This document shows, piece after piece, positions 61,561-64,000 of a DNA stretch of 64,000 bases (its first letter is position 1; every line of letters begins with the position of its first letter). Where the stretch lies: contig NC_087437.1 of NCBI RefSeq assembly GCF_036321535.1, positions 50,222,001 through 50,286,000 on the forward strand. The letters run 5' to 3'. Under the pieces are notes generated by a model that saw only the letters and a list, made by a program, of their open reading frames with translations, made no database searches and was not told where the DNA came from. The position numbers and the translations under genes were made by a program. Source of the stretch: Camelus dromedarius. Its lineage: Eukaryota.

Positions 61561-63449
61561 AAGAGACTGTCTTATCTCCATTGTATATTCTTACCTCCTT
61601 TGTTGAAGATTAAGTGAACATGGAGTGTGGGTTTACTTCTGGGCTAATTTGTTCCATTGACCTATATGTCTGTTTTTGTGCTAATACCATGCTGTTTGAT
61701 TACTTCAGCTTTATAGTATTGTCTGAAGTCTGAGAGGGTTATACCTCCAGCTTTAATATTTTCCACAGGATTGCTCTGGCAATTCTGGGTCTTTTGTGGT
61801 TCCATGTAAATTTTTTTCTAGTTCCGCGAAAAATGCCATTGGTAATTTGATAGGGATTGCATTAAATCTGTAGATTACTTTGGGTAGTATGGCCATTTTA
61901 ACAATATTCATTCTTCTGATCCAATAGCTTGGGATATCTTTCCATTTCTTTGAGTTATCTTCAATTTCCTTTACCAGTTTTATACTTTTCAGCATATAGA
62001 TTTTTCACCTCCTTGGCTAAATTTACTCTTAGGTAAATAATTTTAAATGGGATTTTTAAATTTTTCTCCTTCTGATATTTCATTGCTAGTATAAAGAAAT
62101 GCAGCAGATTTCTGTATAGTAATCTTGTATCCTGCTATCTTGCTGAATTCATTTATTAGTTCTAACAGTTTTTGTGCAGTCTTTAGGGTTCTCTATATAG
62201 AGTATTATATCACCTGCAAATAGTGACAGTCTTACCTTTACCCTTCCAATTTGAATACCTTTTATTTCTCTTTCTTGTCTGATTGCTATGGCTAATGTCC
62301 TCCCTTTTTCTATTGTACTGTATTTAGTGTGGTAGTAATAGGAGGCAGTGATAAATACTAACATGTACCCCAGGCTTCACATATTACACAAGACTAATAA
62401 TGGCTAGGAGAAATCTTAGAGAACACTTGCTCTTGCCTCTTTAGTGTACTGGGGAACTAACTAAGACCCAGAGATAGGGGAGTGAACATAAATTTTACTT
62501 TATGAGAACTGAAGAGACACTTGAAAATGTAAATGAAGATCAATCCACTGCATGACCACACTTGTTTATTTGTCAACAAACAACTCCTGCAGATCAGACC
62601 TTCAACCACTCCAGACCAACCTGGCCCTCACCATGAAGACACTGTGGTGCAATTTCAGAAAGTAAGCTCACTCCATTCTGCTACTCATAGCTGCCTCTTG
62701 CCTTAATATGGTGTTTTCTGAATTGAGATACACATGTGGTAAAGAATATACTGTATATTATAGGAAAATATAACTGATATATCAAGTTCATGAATTCATC
62801 AAGATTATTGTTCAGGATAAGACTATAGTTAATGTATCAGTGGCATTCCACCTTAAACAATGCATTTTTAATTTTAAGTATAGAATTCAGAGATACCTGT
62901 GAACCTTCTACATAGTCAGACTTACACTTGAAAATCAATTGACATACTGCAGTAAACTTGCAAAACAAAAACCTTGACTGCTCTGGATATGTATGAAAAT
63001 TTAAGAGAAAAATTTTATAAAATTTCGAAGACTGTCAATCTCATTAATGTCAGGCCATCGATCCCTTTGCTGTTTCAGTTATCTTTTTAAAGAGATGGAG
63101 CTCATTGACTTTCACTCAGTAATATTCTCACTCTTTTATCTGTTTTGTAAGAACCTTCAAGTCTCTTCTGTATGTAATCTTCACTCTGCCAAATTGTATG
63201 CATGACTTGTGTTGGTGTTAAAAGATAATTGCTCATATGAACATTCTAAATCTTATCTTCCATGGCGAGTTTACATCCATATGCAAGATAAAGTCAAAGG
63301 GAAGATCAAAAAAACTGGAACTGTGAGGAACATTGCTTGATCGTGGTAAGATAGGTTTTGTTGTCTGAATTACCTTTTTAAAATTTAACTGAAGAACTAG
63401 TTGTAAATATTTTAAACCTTATTAAAGAGACACTTAAGAAAAAGGCCTC

Positions 63450-64000
63450 AGATTTCCTGTTCTGGCAGTAAGAAGAACTAAATATTCTGAAAGGTCCTCC
63501 CACCATAAAAACAAGTAGATCCTGGATAAACTATCCTTTATTCATTTCTGAATTTGTAAGAAAAGGGGGGTTTTTCAGGATACTCTCTCCAAAAATAAAT
63601 CTAAAAAATGCAAAATGATGAGCAGTAATAAAAAGGGAAAGGTAGACTGGCCTAAAGACACAAGCCAGTATTAGAGCTTTGATGGCTGAACTAAGCCTTG
63701 GGCTAGAAGCAGGTACAAGAGTTGAATTTGAGAGTCCCACATTAAGCTGATATTCTCAAGGGGAATTACAATGTTCCAGGCCAGTAGTCTCCCTGTTTTC
63801 TCGCAAAAGCACAAATAAATGTTTTCTGGAGAAAACCATCCCCATCTTATTGCCACAAGATTCCCACAGATTAAGAGCAAGCAAATATGAGCTAAAATCC
63901 AAAATCAGACAATATACATGTAAAGAAGACATCATTATTACAAATCATTTGTAACTACAAATATTCAAGTCTCCAAGGAATTAATATTTTGGAATTGTCA
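63450..64000 (+). mobile_element. Ancient L1/HAL1-type 5' region fragment
   Basis: ttcctgttctggcag...cctcccaccataaaaacaagtagatcctggataaa resembles old L1M 5' ends. Confidence 0.4.

Larger units (their letters stand above)
59713..62295 (-). mobile_element. 5'-truncated L1 (ORF2 3' part and 3'UTR) interrupted by a SINE and a younger L1
   Basis: Poly-T plus ttaattgaagtatag tail; minus-strand ORF2 peptides [23 protein letters not shown] and IKGIQIG...[17 protein letters not shown]. Confidence 0.95.

Noticed and set aside
1..64000. CRISPR array, operon, rRNA or prokaryotic defence-type system
   Set aside because: The sequence is clearly mammalian, with no regularly spaced repeat-spacer units, dense ORFs or rRNA-like sequence.

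Overview
Mammalian genomic DNA, AT-rich and CpG-depleted, roughly half interspersed repeats: old and young L1, L2, MIR, L3/CR1, hAT MITEs, LTR remnants and two tRNA-derived SINEs. The SINEs resemble camelid vic-1, so the genome is probably camel, alpaca or llama. I find no intact protein-coding gene, structural RNA gene, CRISPR array or prokaryotic-type system. The ORF track is mostly chance ORFs and L1 ORF2 fragments. The non-repeat sequence does contain two apparent gene fossils. (1) A long multi-exon minus-strand pseudogene (~11.9-56.5 kb) runs down from a CpG island at ~56.4-57.1 kb. Its AG/GT-bounded exon remnants give collinear peptides resembling the multi-RGS-domain RGS22/RGSL1 family, with stops and frameshifts. 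(2) An intronless plus-strand TBC (Rab-GAP) domain remnant at ~2.9-3.9 kb is most reminiscent of TBC1D22/Gyp1. The CpG island has splice donors facing both ways and may now drive non-coding transcripts. Protein and repeat family calls were made by eye against sequences recalled from memory, so they need tblastn/HMM/RepeatMasker confirmation. Boundaries of old repeats are approximate.
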